DNA of 64,000 bases from Candidatus Marinacidobacterales bacterium (GCA_965237955.1 OZ250169.1:1344001-1408000); one strand, 5' to 3'. Shown: positions 53,199 through 62,221, counted from the stretch's first letter. Made by a program: numbers and translations. Notes: generated by a model not told the origin, from the letters alone.

Positions 53199-55352
53199 CT
53201 ACTGTGCGGGCAAGATCAGGGTAAGCTCGTTGCCTTGCTCGGATGTTTCCGACGTCCACTGCCCCTGGAAGTAGTCGACGACGTTGCTCACGAACGACAG
53301 CGGCCAGCTCACGCCGTTGCGATCGAGAGCCCAGGCGATGTAGTCCTTGCCGCCTTCTCGCGGTTGGCGCACGCGGGTGATGTTGTCGGCAACTTGAATG
53401 TAGGCCTTGCCGGCGTCGATATGCGCGGACAGGCGAATGAGGCCGCCGCTATGGCCGGTCAGGTCGTGCTCGGCGCGCTCGACGAGCGCCGAGAGCGCCG
53501 AGCGCAGAAGGAAAGCATCCGCGCGGACACGATCTGTCGATGCGAGCTCTGTGGTTTCGAGGCGCACCGCATGCCGCTCGAGGCTGTCGGCCGTCCACGC
53601 GCGCACGCTCTGGAACACCGGGCCGAGCGGAATGAGATTCATGGCGGGTGGTTGACCGGCCATGAACTCGAGGACGGCGTCGCGAAACCGTTTTGTACGT
53701 GAGAGCTCTTTTCCCATCCCGAGAAGCTCACTCGTGAGCCAATCGGGACCATCGGGTTGTGTGCGCAGTCGTCCCATGGTCGAGAACAAGCGGTCGAGCG
53801 GCGGTCCCATTTCCACGATCGCTTGCTCGGCCAGTCGGCCGATGAGGGCGTAGCGTTCCGCGCGTACGAGTCGATCTTTGGCGACGGCGCCGGCAGCGAG
53901 CTCGAGGACGAGTGCGACGCCGTCTCCCAGTCGATCGAGATGTTTGGTCGCGTCCCTGTGCGGTGGAGCGGACTCGGGCGGAAGGTAGAACGTGAGAAGA
54001 CCGAGGTTTCTGATCGCTGTTCTCACTGGGATGGCGACCATCGAAGTGAGCTTCCCTGCGCTGCGCTCGAGCACCTGTCCGATGGGTCCCGGCTCTCCGG
54101 TCACGAACACGATGGAGCTGCCACCTTCGATGATCAAGGTTCCGAGCGGGCGCTGCGATGCATCGACAAGCGTCGCTAGGGGCTCTCGTTGCAGACCATG
54201 CAGAATCACCGGATGCAGCTGAGAGTCGTGACGGAGCAACGAGAGCGAGCCGCTCACCGCGTCGAGACCTTCGACGAGGCGCATGACCAGCGCTTTCAAG
54301 ACTTCGTCGGAAGGGGTTCCCTTGAGCAGGGACTGCGCCGCCAGGAACGGTGCTCCGAGCTCGGAGAGCTGCTTGTCGACGTGGTCGCGCTGATCGCGCA
54401 TGTCCTCGAGCGCGGAAGTGAGGTCCGCCGCCGCCTGAGCGTAGCTGTCCACCAGGGCTTCGGCGGCCTGGGGGTCACTCGCGTCGGTGGCCGCCGAAGG
54501 TGACGTCGCACCTTCGAGCGAGCGCGCCACCGGGACTTTGACGGCAACACGTTGTGGCGGGGAAGGCGCCGGTGAAATCCCCTGCGCCGCCGTTGTAGCC
54601 GGTGAGGCTTTTGGCTCCGATCCCATGTTCGCCATGATCTCGGGCGTCGGCGCCTGCGTCTGCGACGTGTCGGATTCCGCGCTCGGGCTCCACCCGAACA
54701 TGGCCCGCATCGACTCCGCGTTCCACTCTTCGATCGAACGCGCGTTGCGGATGTTGGCGCCGAGCTTGAATCGGGTGGCGATGTCTTCCATCGTCAGCTG
54801 CAGCGCCGCGGCGAACGTCTCGATAACGCCTTCTTCGCGAATCGCAACCGCGGGAAAGCTCGCGGTGTGCCGTGCGTTCAGCGTTCGCTCCATCGCCTCG
54901 AGCGAGGTCACTTCGGGAAGATCGCGCTTGTTGTATTGATACGTCACCGGGATCTTCGTCGGGTCGAGCCCGTGAGCCAGCAAGTTCTGGTTCATCTCCC
55001 TGAGACTCTGGATCGTCTCTTCCCATCGATCGGCGGCCGAGTTCGCGACGAAGACGACGGCATCGGCTCCGTTCAGGAGGAGCTTTCTGCTCGCCGCGTA
55101 CATGCGCTGGCCCGGGACAGCGATGACTTGAAACCGCAGCTCGTAGCCGCGAAACGCCGGAGTCTTCATCGGCAGAAGATCGAGCAGAATCGTGCGGTCC
55201 TGGGTCGAGTTGACGGAGACCATCTCGCCACGCCGTTTCGGATCGGCGCGCCGATGCAACACCACGAGGTTCGTCGTCTTGCCCCCGGCCGCCGGACCGT
55301 AGTAGATGATTTTGGCCCGGACGACGCGCTCTCGGTGACTAATCTCGACCAA
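53199..55352 (-). CDS. MglA-type small GTPase fused to a GAF-like domain and a degenerate HisKA/HATPase
   Basis: KIIYYGPAAGGKTTN, DRTILLD, VPGQ and QYNKRD motifs; C-terminal HK-like fold without H/N/G boxes. Confidence 0.85.
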   Translation of the reverse strand: MVEISHRERVVRAKIIYYGPAAGGKTTNLVVLHRRADPKRRGEMVSVNSTQDRTILLDLLPMKTPAFRGYELRFQVIAVPGQRMYAASRKLLLNGADAVVFVANSAADRWEETIQSLREMNQNLLAHGLDPTKIPVTYQYNKRDLPEVTSLEAMERTLNARHTASFPAVAIREEGVIETFAAALQLTMEDIATRFKLGANIRNARSIEEWNAESMRAMFGWSPSAESDTSQTQAPTPEIMANMGSEPKASPATTAAQGISPAPSPPQRVAVKVPVARSLEGATSPSAATDASDPQAAEALVDSYAQAAADLTSALEDMRDQRDHVDKQLSELGAPFLAAQSLLKGTPSDEVLKALVMRLVEGLDAVSGSLSLLRHDSQLHPVILHGLQREPLATLVDASQRPLGTLIIEGGSSIVFVTGEPGPIGQVLERSAGKLTSMVAIPVRTAIRNLGLLTFYLPPESAPPHRDATKHLDRLGDGVALVLELAAGAVAKDRLVRAERYALIGRLAEQAIVEMGPPLDRLFSTMGRLRTQPDGPDWLTSELLGMGKELSRTKRFRDAVLEFMAGQPPAMNLIPLGPVFQSVRAWTADSLERHAVRLETTELASTDRVRADAFLLRSALSALVERAEHDLTGHSGGLIRLSAHIDAGKAYIQVADNITRVRQPREGGKDYIAWALDRNGVSWPLSFVSNVVDYFQGQWTSETSEQGNELTLILPAQ

Positions 55353-55404
55353 GTTCGTCCTCTGCGTAAGAAGTTTGGATGGCTATCTTTATAGTATATC
55401 TCAG

Positions 55405-56064
55405 TCAGGGCGACACGATCAGGTCCGACGGGGGCTCGTCGAGGGCGCCCAGGTCGTCGGGGAGCTCGATCGCCGGGGCGCCACCGAGGCTCGAATGGAG
55501 GACCTGCTCAGCGGTCTCGAGATAGCCGGCCTGATGTCCTCCCGCGACATGATCACGGATTGCCTGGCTTATCGTCTCGAGTACGGTACGGACGTCGCTA
55601 TCGGAAGCTTCTGGCGCGGATGCGATGCTCCTCCGGTCGGAAAGAACTCTGGCGAGCCAGTCGGCCACTTTATCGAGGTGGGGCGCGCCGGAGGGATGGT
55701 TATAGACGATTCCCTTGGCGCGCGTCTCCATCGTTTTGAGAGCCGTTCCGATCACAACCCGTAACTCTTCGTCGGAAAGTGACGCGAAGCGAGCCCGAGC
55801 CGACAGCATCAAGTGGTGGGTGAACAGAAGGAGCATCACGTGTCCGTCGTTCAAAGCCAGGAAGCGTGACAGAAAACGCGCGTCCTCTTTTTGTCGGGTG
55901 GCGGACCGCCAGTTTGGATCCGCGCCGTGAAGATAAGGGCAGTCTTCGGGGCAATTGATTTCCACCCGCCGCTTCGTCCCGCAGCACTTGGAGCAGATGA
56001 GGTCGCCCCCCCGAGCCGGACAAACGCGCTTGCCTTTGACTTTGTCGCACGACCAGCAGGACAC
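55405..56064 (-). CDS. Hypothetical protein with an N-terminal Cys8 (putative Zn-binding) domain
   Basis: 8 Cys in the first 42 aa (CxxC..C..CxxCC..CxxxC). Confidence 0.8.
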   Translation of the reverse strand: MSCWSCDKVKGKRVCPARGGDLICSKCCGTKRRVEINCPEDCPYLHGADPNWRSATRQKEDARFLSRFLALNDGHVMLLLFTHHLMLSARARFASLSDEELRVVIGTALKTMETRAKGIVYNHPSGAPHLDKVADWLARVLSDRRSIASAPEASDSDVRTVLETISQAIRDHVAGGHQAGYLETAEQVLHSSLGGAPAIELPDDLGALDEPPSDLIVSP

Positions 56065-56070
56065 GGGGTA

Positions 56071-56079
56071 ATCGTATCA
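56071..56079 (-). promoter_or_regulatory. Extended -10 TGaTACGAT 6 nt before GTG
   Basis: Read directly; no SD. Confidence 0.5.
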
Positions 56080-56083
56080 CTCT

Positions 56084-56224
56084 AGCGTTCAGCATCCAGC
56101 ATTCAGCATTCAGTTCACATCACGGCGTGCAAGTCGGAGGCGACGTCGTTCTGCGCAACAGCGAGCCTTCGAGCGGCACGGCTCGGTTTGAACTGAATGC
56201 TGGATGCTGGATGCCGAATGCTGA
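56084..56224. repeat. Heptamer-arm inverted-repeat element, (TYCAGCA)n arms
   Basis: About 34-bp arms at 56084-56117 and 56189-56222 with 3 mismatches; 71-nt spacer. Confidence 0.85.
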
Positions 56225-58696
56225 CTACGACGAACTTTTCAGCGCGGCAACGATCTCATTGGTCGACGCAAACCTATCCGCGGGATCCGCTGCTATACAG
56301 CGGGCAAGGACCGCCTCTAGCACTTCCGGTGCGTCGGGGATCAACTGGCGCAACGGAGCCACGGCGCCGTTCGCTTCGGTTGGGTTTTGCTCCGTCAGGG
56401 CGTGGTAGATCACGGCACCCAACGAGTAGATATCGGAGCGCGGACCGACGGCTGTGCCGTTCAGGAACTCGGGCGCCGGGTAACCATCGGCTTTTCCGAG
56501 TTGCGGGAGTCGCAACGCACCGAGACCGAATCCCGTGACTTTCAACTTGCCGCCCGTGCCGACGAGGATATTCGTGAGCTTGAGATCGCGATGCAACAGT
56601 TTGCGCTCGTGCGCGTAGCCGATGGCAATCGAAAGCGTGTTCAACAGGTCGAGCGCTTGCTTGATCGTCAAGCGTTTGTTGCGCTCGAGAAACGTGGACA
56701 GGTTGAAGCCTTCGACGAACTCGGTGACCGCGGCCTTCGAGCCTTGGATGTCGATGAGACCGAGTAGCCGTACGAGGCTCGGGTGTTCCAGTCCGCGCGC
56801 GAGTTTGGCCTCCGCGAGAAACTGTTGGACGACGCTCTGGTCTCGGATCAAGTCTGCACGAAGAAGCTTCACCGTCACCGGACTCTGGTTCCGGGAATCG
56901 ACGCCTTTGTACGTCGTGCCCAGAAGTCCCTTGCCGAGGACTTCGCCGAGTTGAATCGGTGACGCTGCCGCCGACTGCGGTGCGGCGGCGGGTGCCGGCG
57001 CCGGAGTGGCTCGAGGCGCGGGTTGGCCGGCAACGGGAGCTTGCGGCGCGGGCGCCGCCGGTGCCGGCTGTGCGGGCTGTGCCACGGGAACCGGCTGCGG
57101 TTGAGGCACCGGTGCATGTTGTCCCGGCGCATTTGCCGGTGACGGCGTGGGAGATCCTCCGGGCGCGCTCAGCCGAGCGATTTTTTGCTCGACGTCCTCG
57201 TAACCGTAGCGCTCGGTCATCACTTTGCGAAACGCGTCGATGGCTTCGGTTGCTTTGCCGAGCTGTTCATAAGCGAGGCCGAGGCAGTAGAAGAGCTCGA
57301 GCGTTTGCCCGCTGATCTGTTGGTTTCCGATCAGCCGTTGGATTTTGTCGACAGCGAGCCCCGGCATGTTCTTGGTGAGGAACAAGCGCGAGAGAATGAG
57401 AGTCGCGGCGTCGTAGTGCTCGTGACTGCCGTCGATTTGCTGAAGCAGTTGAATCGCGCGATCGTCATCGCCCTGTTGTTGCGCAAGCTTTCCGGCTTCG
57501 TAGAACCGGCCGCTTTGCTCGTAGAGCTCTGACGCTTTCGCCAGATTCTGGCTCTCTTCGTAGAGCTTGGCGGCCTGTTCGAGGTCGTTGCCGCGCTCGA
57601 ACATGGCTGCAGCTTGCTTCTTTTCACCAGCGCGGAGATAAACCCCGGCTGCCTGCAGCGGCGCGTCGCTCTGCTCGTAGCATCGTGCGGCTGCTTCTAG
57701 ATTGCCTATTGTCTCGTAGAGCTCCGCGGCGCGTAAGTTGTCGCCGCCTTCGAGGAAACGGTCAGCGGCGGTGTTGCTGTCTCCTTGATGGAATGCGATC
57801 TCACCGAGCAACAAGGCGGCGCGCTTCGTCTCGCCGGCTTTTTGGAACATCTCGGCGGCGCCCTCGAGGTTTTCTTCTTTGAGCAGCATCTCGGCCGCGT
57901 CGTTGTAACGCCCTTCCTTCGACGCGAGCTCGGCGGCTTGGTGCGCCAGCCCGGCGCGTTTGTAGAGCTCGGCGGCGCGCTCGGGAGCACCGCCCTTTTC
58001 GTAGAGCTGGCCGGCATGCAAGGCCACTTTGGCTTCGCGCTCGGACGGCGCGGCGATGAGCCCGCCGCCGCCGACCGAGGTCGTCGCCGACCAGTGCTCT
58101 TCGTAGTGCTCCGCTGCTTTGATGTATTCACCGAGCTTCTCGTAGCACTTCGCCGCTTGCGGAAAATAAGAGACGTCCGAGTAAAGCTCCGCGGCTTTGT
58201 CGTACTGCCCGAAATCGAAGTAGAGCTTCGCGGCGTCGATCTTCTGCCCGTGATCCTCGTAGAGCTTGGCCGCTTCCGCGTGCTTGCCGACTTTGATCAG
58301 CATCCTGGCGGCGCGCTTCCAGTCCTCCGCTTTGAAGTACATGTCGGCCGCGCGCTCCCACTGCTCGAGCTGCTCGTGAAGCGCTCCTGCCGAGTTGTAC
58401 TCCTCGGCGTCGACATAGAGATTGATCGCTTCGGGGTACCACTCCGCTTCCTCGTAGAGGCGCGCCGCCCCCGCGATGTTTCCGGACTTTTGAAGACGGC
58501 TAATCTCGCGCTCGAATTGCATGAGACGAAGCTTCTCGCCCCCGACTTTGTCGACGACCTTCTCCCAAACGCCGAGTTCCATGAGCTTTGCGGAGATACG
58601 AGGCCATACGAGCAGCCCAGCCACGACGACGACGAGTATAGGCAGAAAGATGTCGACGACCGGTGCTGGCAGGTAGCTCTTGAGAAAGTCGAACAT
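56225..58696 (-). CDS. Membrane-anchored TPR-like repeat protein with a C-terminal Ser/Thr (pseudo)kinase
   Basis: TM, AAxLYE repeats and Pro/Ala linker; GKGLLG, VTVK, HRDLK, GFG (for DFG) and APE. Confidence 0.88.
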   Translation of the reverse strand: MFDFLKSYLPAPVVDIFLPILVVVVAGLLVWPRISAKLMELGVWEKVVDKVGGEKLRLMQFEREISRLQKSGNIAGAARLYEEAEWYPEAINLYVDAEEYNSAGALHEQLEQWERAADMYFKAEDWKRAARMLIKVGKHAEAAKLYEDHGQKIDAAKLYFDFGQYDKAAELYSDVSYFPQAAKCYEKLGEYIKAAEHYEEHWSATTSVGGGGLIAAPSEREAKVALHAGQLYEKGGAPERAAELYKRAGLAHQAAELASKEGRYNDAAEMLLKEENLEGAAEMFQKAGETKRAALLLGEIAFHQGDSNTAADRFLEGGDNLRAAELYETIGNLEAAARCYEQSDAPLQAAGVYLRAGEKKQAAAMFERGNDLEQAAKLYEESQNLAKASELYEQSGRFYEAGKLAQQQGDDDRAIQLLQQIDGSHEHYDAATLILSRLFLTKNMPGLAVDKIQRLIGNQQISGQTLELFYCLGLAYEQLGKATEAIDAFRKVMTERYGYEDVEQKIARLSAPGGSPTPSPANAPGQHAPVPQPQPVPVAQPAQPAPAAPAPQAPVAGQPAPRATPAPAPAAAPQSAAASPIQLGEVLGKGLLGTTYKGVDSRNQSPVTVKLLRADLIRDQSVVQQFLAEAKLARGLEHPSLVRLLGLIDIQGSKAAVTEFVEGFNLSTFLERNKRLTIKQALDLLNTLSIAIGYAHERKLLHRDLKLTNILVGTGGKLKVTGFGLGALRLPQLGKADGYPAPEFLNGTAVGPRSDIYSLGAVIYHALTEQNPTEANGAVAPLRQLIPDAPEVLEAVLARCIAADPADRFASTNEIVAALKSSS

Positions 58697-58915
58697 TCTT
58701 TCGTTTGCTCGTTTACCAGTGATAAGAGCGACGGAAACCCCAAGCCGTGCCTCGCACAGCACCCCGTGGGAGAGTTTGCAAACATTGTCGCATCGGTAGC
58801 GGACAAAGTCAAAGCGGCGCGCTCTCAGGAGGTTACGGGCTTTCCTCCCTTGACAGAGCCTCTTCGCCGCGTCTAGCATGGGGCGAAACGCTTAACCGAA
58901 AAGGATTTACTCAGA

Positions 58916-60571
58916 TTGAGCCAGACTGAGGACACCCTGTCGGGGCCCGAGTCGACGGCCGCGAACGAGCTTGAGCCCAAGCTCGAGCCCAAGCTCGAGC
59001 CCGAGCTCCAGATTGCCGAGGCGCGTCGCCGCGCCGCTCGGCTCGGTTACCCATTCGCCGATCTCGACGCGTTCCGAGAGGACGTGTCCGCGTGGCAGCA
59101 GATCCCGATGGACTCCATTCTTCGGTATCGGGTCGTGCCCTTGCGCGAAGAAGGGGAAAGCCTCGTCATCGCAATAGGTGAGCCCGCGCGCTACCGCGAG
59201 CTCGACGAGCTCGAGCGAGGCCTCGGTCGTCAGCTCGTGATCGAAGTCGCGGCGCCGTTCCAGATCGAGGAGATCCTGGCTCGTAATCGAACTTCGAGCT
59301 TCTTGCTCGACAAAGCTTCGGAAGAGCTCAAGCTCGAGATCATCTCGGATGACGACGGTGAGAACGAAGATCTCGAAGCGACGTCGGAGACGTCGAGCCC
59401 GATCATCAAGCTCGTCCACTCTCTACTAGTCAACGGCATCGAGCGGCGGGCAAGCGATATCCACGTCGAGACAAAAGAAGAGCAAGTGCTGTTGAAGTAT
59501 CGGATCGATGGCGTCCTGTACGCCGCTATGGATCCGGTCGACCGGCAACATCATTCCATGATCGTTTCGCGCTTGAAGGTCATGGCCGAGCTCGACGTAG
59601 CGGAAAAGCGTGTTCCACAGGATGGTCGCTTCAAGCTCAAGATACGCGGACGCCCCATCGACTTCCGCGTGTCCATCATGCCGAGCATCTACGGGGAAGA
59701 TGTCGTGGTCCGCATCCTCGACAAGGAATCCATCAGCGAGCAGTTCTCCGAGCTTCGACTCGATGTGCTCGGGTTTCCGGATCATGAGCTGAAGCGCTTT
59801 CGGAAGTTCATCCGCGAGCCGTACGGCATGGTGTTGGTCACCGGGCCTACCGGGAGCGGCAAGACGACGACTCTCTACGCCGCGTTGTCGGAGATCGCAA
59901 GCCCCGAGGAAAAAATCGTAACCGTCGAAGACCCGGTGGAGTACCGCATCCCGCACATCACTCAGGTTCCGGTCAACGAAAAGAAGGGGTTGACGTTCGC
60001 GCGGGGGCTACGCTCGATTCTCCGTCACGATCCCGACACGATCATGGTCGGTGAGGTCCGCGATGCGGAGACCGCGCAGATCGCAGTGCAGGCGGCGCTG
60101 ACGGGCCACCTGGTATTCACAACGGTTCACGCAAATAACGCCTTCGATGTCATCGGTCGTTTCCTTCACATGGGCGTCGAGCCCCACAACTTCGTGTCGG
60201 CGCTGAACTGCGTCATGGCACAGCGGCTCGTGCGAAGTGTGTGTGAAGGGTGTCGCGACAAGATCAGTATCGATCCCGACGAGCTCGATCTTTCAGGCCT
60301 CGACGACGCCGATCGTAATCGGGACTTTTTCGTTGGGCGAGGCTGCTACCAATGCCACGGCACCGGCTTCCACGGACGGACGGCTGTCTGTGAGCTTCTG
60401 AGCTTGAACGATCGCCTACGCGAGCTAATCCTCGAACAACGCAGTACCACCGAGCTGAAGCGCGCCGCTCGAGAAGAAGGAATGATCTCGATCCGCGATC
60501 ACGCGCTCGAAAAAGTCTTCAGTGGCGTTACTACGCTTGCGGAGATCAATAAAGTCACGTTTGTGGATTGA
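58916..60571 (+). CDS. GspE/PilB secretion or type IV pilus ATPase
   Basis: ASDIH, PQDGR, GPTGSGKTT, VEDPVEY, LRHDPD and TGHLV motifs; tetracysteine. Confidence 0.95.
   Translation: MSQTEDTLSGPESTAANELEPKLEPKLEPELQIAEARRRAARLGYPFADLDAFREDVSAWQQIPMDSILRYRVVPLREEGESLVIAIGEPARYRELDELERGLGRQLVIEVAAPFQIEEILARNRTSSFLLDKASEELKLEIISDDDGENEDLEATSETSSPIIKLVHSLLVNGIERRASDIHVETKEEQVLLKYRIDGVLYAAMDPVDRQHHSMIVSRLKVMAELDVAEKRVPQDGRFKLKIRGRPIDFRVSIMPSIYGEDVVVRILDKESISEQFSELRLDVLGFPDHELKRFRKFIREPYGMVLVTGPTGSGKTTTLYAALSEIASPEEKIVTVEDPVEYRIPHITQVPVNEKKGLTFARGLRSILRHDPDTIMVGEVRDAETAQIAVQAALTGHLVFTTVHANNAFDVIGRFLHMGVEPHNFVSALNCVMAQRLVRSVCEGCRDKISIDPDELDLSGLDDADRNRDFFVGRGCYQCHGTGFHGRTAVCELLSLNDRLRELILEQRSTTELKRAAREEGMISIRDHALEKVFSGVTTLAEINKVTFVD
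58967..59008 (+). repeat. In-frame 12-bp tandem repeat (ELEP KLEP KLEP EL)
   Basis: GAGCTTGAGCCC AAGCTCGAGCCC AAGCTCGAGCCC GAGCTC. Confidence 0.8.
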
Positions 60572-60616
60572 AGCGTTCGTGGATTGAGGCGCCATTGGCC
60601 TGGATTGGGGCGCCCC

Positions 60617-60707
60617 CAGCCATCAGCCGTCAGCCATCAGCAGGGCACAGTCGTTCGAGCTTCGTCGTCGCGGTCTTGCCGATGGCTGATGGCTGACGGC
60701 TGACGGC
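60617..60707. repeat. Heptamer-arm inverted-repeat element, (CAGCCRT)n arms
   Basis: Arms at 60617-60644 and 60675-60702, 24/28 complementary. Confidence 0.85.
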
Positions 60708-60722
60708 GCATCGTGCCCACGC

Positions 60723-60749
60723 TTGGCACTCGACACCCCCGCCTGCTGA
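60723..60749. promoter_or_regulatory. CIRCE-like (HrcA) operator
   Basis: TTGGCACTC-N9-GCCTGCTGA versus consensus TTAGCACTC-N9-GAGTGCTAA. Confidence 0.4.
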
Positions 60750-60943
60750 TTGACATCTTTTGACAGGTGGCACGGGATTAGGACACTTTTTGTCACCGCT
60801 TGGACCGCTTCGCCGTCGTGTCGAGACTATAACTTGTGTGGTTTCAACGAGATCAAAAACTTTCAGCTAGAGCGTGATCTGTGCACGCAAATTGCATTTT
60901 GAACGGGTGCAGCCGCGGTTCGGCCGGGAAGGAGACGATCGTC

Positions 60944-61531
60944 ATGGATAACCACTTGCACTCCGAAACACCCGTCGAGTATTTCAAGGAAGTCGTCGAG
61001 AAGGTCATGGCGCGCCAGGGATTTCGCACGAGTGAGCTTTCGTCGTTCTACCTCGTGCAGCTCCTCGACGATTTCGTCGACCTCGATCGCCGATTCACCC
61101 AAGCCGAGGTCGAAGTGGACACGACCCTTGCCGAGCTTCTGTGCGGCGCGATTGCGAGCCAGGGCGACCGGCGGTTTGCGCGGCTCAAGTTGACCGGTGA
61201 TGTGGCGCTCTTCGTGTCCGGCTTTTTCTCCGACAGCATCGCGCGGAGGCGGATCGAGCTCGATTACTATGTGCGCATGGGTGGCTATGCGTACGGACGC
61301 GCGGCGCGACTGAGTCCCAACGACGCGGCCTCCGTGTTCCACGAGCTATCGGCCAAGTTCGGTCGCTTCGTGGACGTCTTGAACGAGGTCAGTGAGGAGA
61401 GCTCGCTGACAGACGCCGCGGGCGTTCTACGTCTCTACGAGCGTTGGCTCCAAACCGGCAGCAAGCGCAGCGAGATCCGGCTACGCCAGGAAGGTATCCT
61501 CCTGGGGACGTCCGCCGACCGTATGCATTGA
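60944..61531 (+). CDS. Hypothetical all-helical protein
   Basis: AGGAG RBS; GDVALFVSGFF..DYYVRMGGYAY..LYERWLQTGS. Confidence 0.8.
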   Translation: MDNHLHSETPVEYFKEVVEKVMARQGFRTSELSSFYLVQLLDDFVDLDRRFTQAEVEVDTTLAELLCGAIASQGDRRFARLKLTGDVALFVSGFFSDSIARRRIELDYYVRMGGYAYGRAARLSPNDAASVFHELSAKFGRFVDVLNEVSEESSLTDAAGVLRLYERWLQTGSKRSEIRLRQEGILLGTSADRMH

Positions 61532-61541
61532 TTGCGTCGAC

Positions 61542-62192
61542 ATGCTGGCCTCTATCCTTCGGCACATCGATCGCGTCTACGATTTGGAGCTGGACGTCGA
61601 CATCCAGGATTTTCTCCTCACCTCCGACATGTGTGCGCGCCTCGGTCACAAAGACGCGCGCGCCTCGGTATTCGTGCGCGAGCACGATGCTCGCGACGAG
61701 ATCGAGCTCGGAGTCTACATCGGTGAATCGGAGCTCGAAGAGCTCTCGAAGATCGACTTGACTCAGGCCATCCATCCTGAAAGCTTCGAGATCCTCGTCA
61801 CTGCAATCGAAGAGGTGAGCCACTTCGCTTATCTGCTGTTCAGCGCGTCTCGCGAAAAGCCGGTCACGCAGCTCGAGCTTGAGCTCCAGGCGGAGGTCGA
61901 CAAGTTCATCACCGCCACGCTTCTCCTCGCGTCGAGAAACGAGGGGCGCGTTCCTGCGAATGTCCTCGATCGCCTGTTCGGAGACTTCGTGGTACGCGAT
62001 GGGCTGGATACGGGGACGAGCGATCGCTATGCGGCCGCAGCCTCTCTGGCGTCGCGCTATTGCTCCTACGTCGTCGAAGCTTCGCTGGGTCGAGAGAGCC
62101 TCCACGCCCTTCTTCCCGAGCTTCGAAGCTTCTATCGACTGACGCAGCGGGGCAAAATCGGCCGCATTCACAACGTCGTCTTCACGGCGTGA
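61542..62192 (+). CDS. Hypothetical protein with a zincin-like EEVSH..ELQAE motif
   Basis: AIEEVSHFAYL and LELELQAEVDKF. Confidence 0.8.
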   Translation: MLASILRHIDRVYDLELDVDIQDFLLTSDMCARLGHKDARASVFVREHDARDEIELGVYIGESELEELSKIDLTQAIHPESFEILVTAIEEVSHFAYLLFSASREKPVTQLELELQAEVDKFITATLLLASRNEGRVPANVLDRLFGDFVVRDGLDTGTSDRYAAAASLASRYCSYVVEASLGRESLHALLPELRSFYRLTQRGKIGRIHNVVFTA

Positions 62193-62205
62193 CAACGCGC
62201 TGCGC

Positions 62206-62214
62206 TGTTATACT
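62206..62214 (+). promoter_or_regulatory. Extended -10 TGtTATACT 7 nt before the pyrK ATG
   Basis: Read directly; no SD. Confidence 0.55.
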
Positions 62215-62221
62215 CTCTCCG

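Noticed and set aside
60563-60615. GTGGATTGA repeats resembling the end of a type I-C CRISPR repeat
   Set aside because: The units are only 16-22 bp apart, with no spacers and no cas genes
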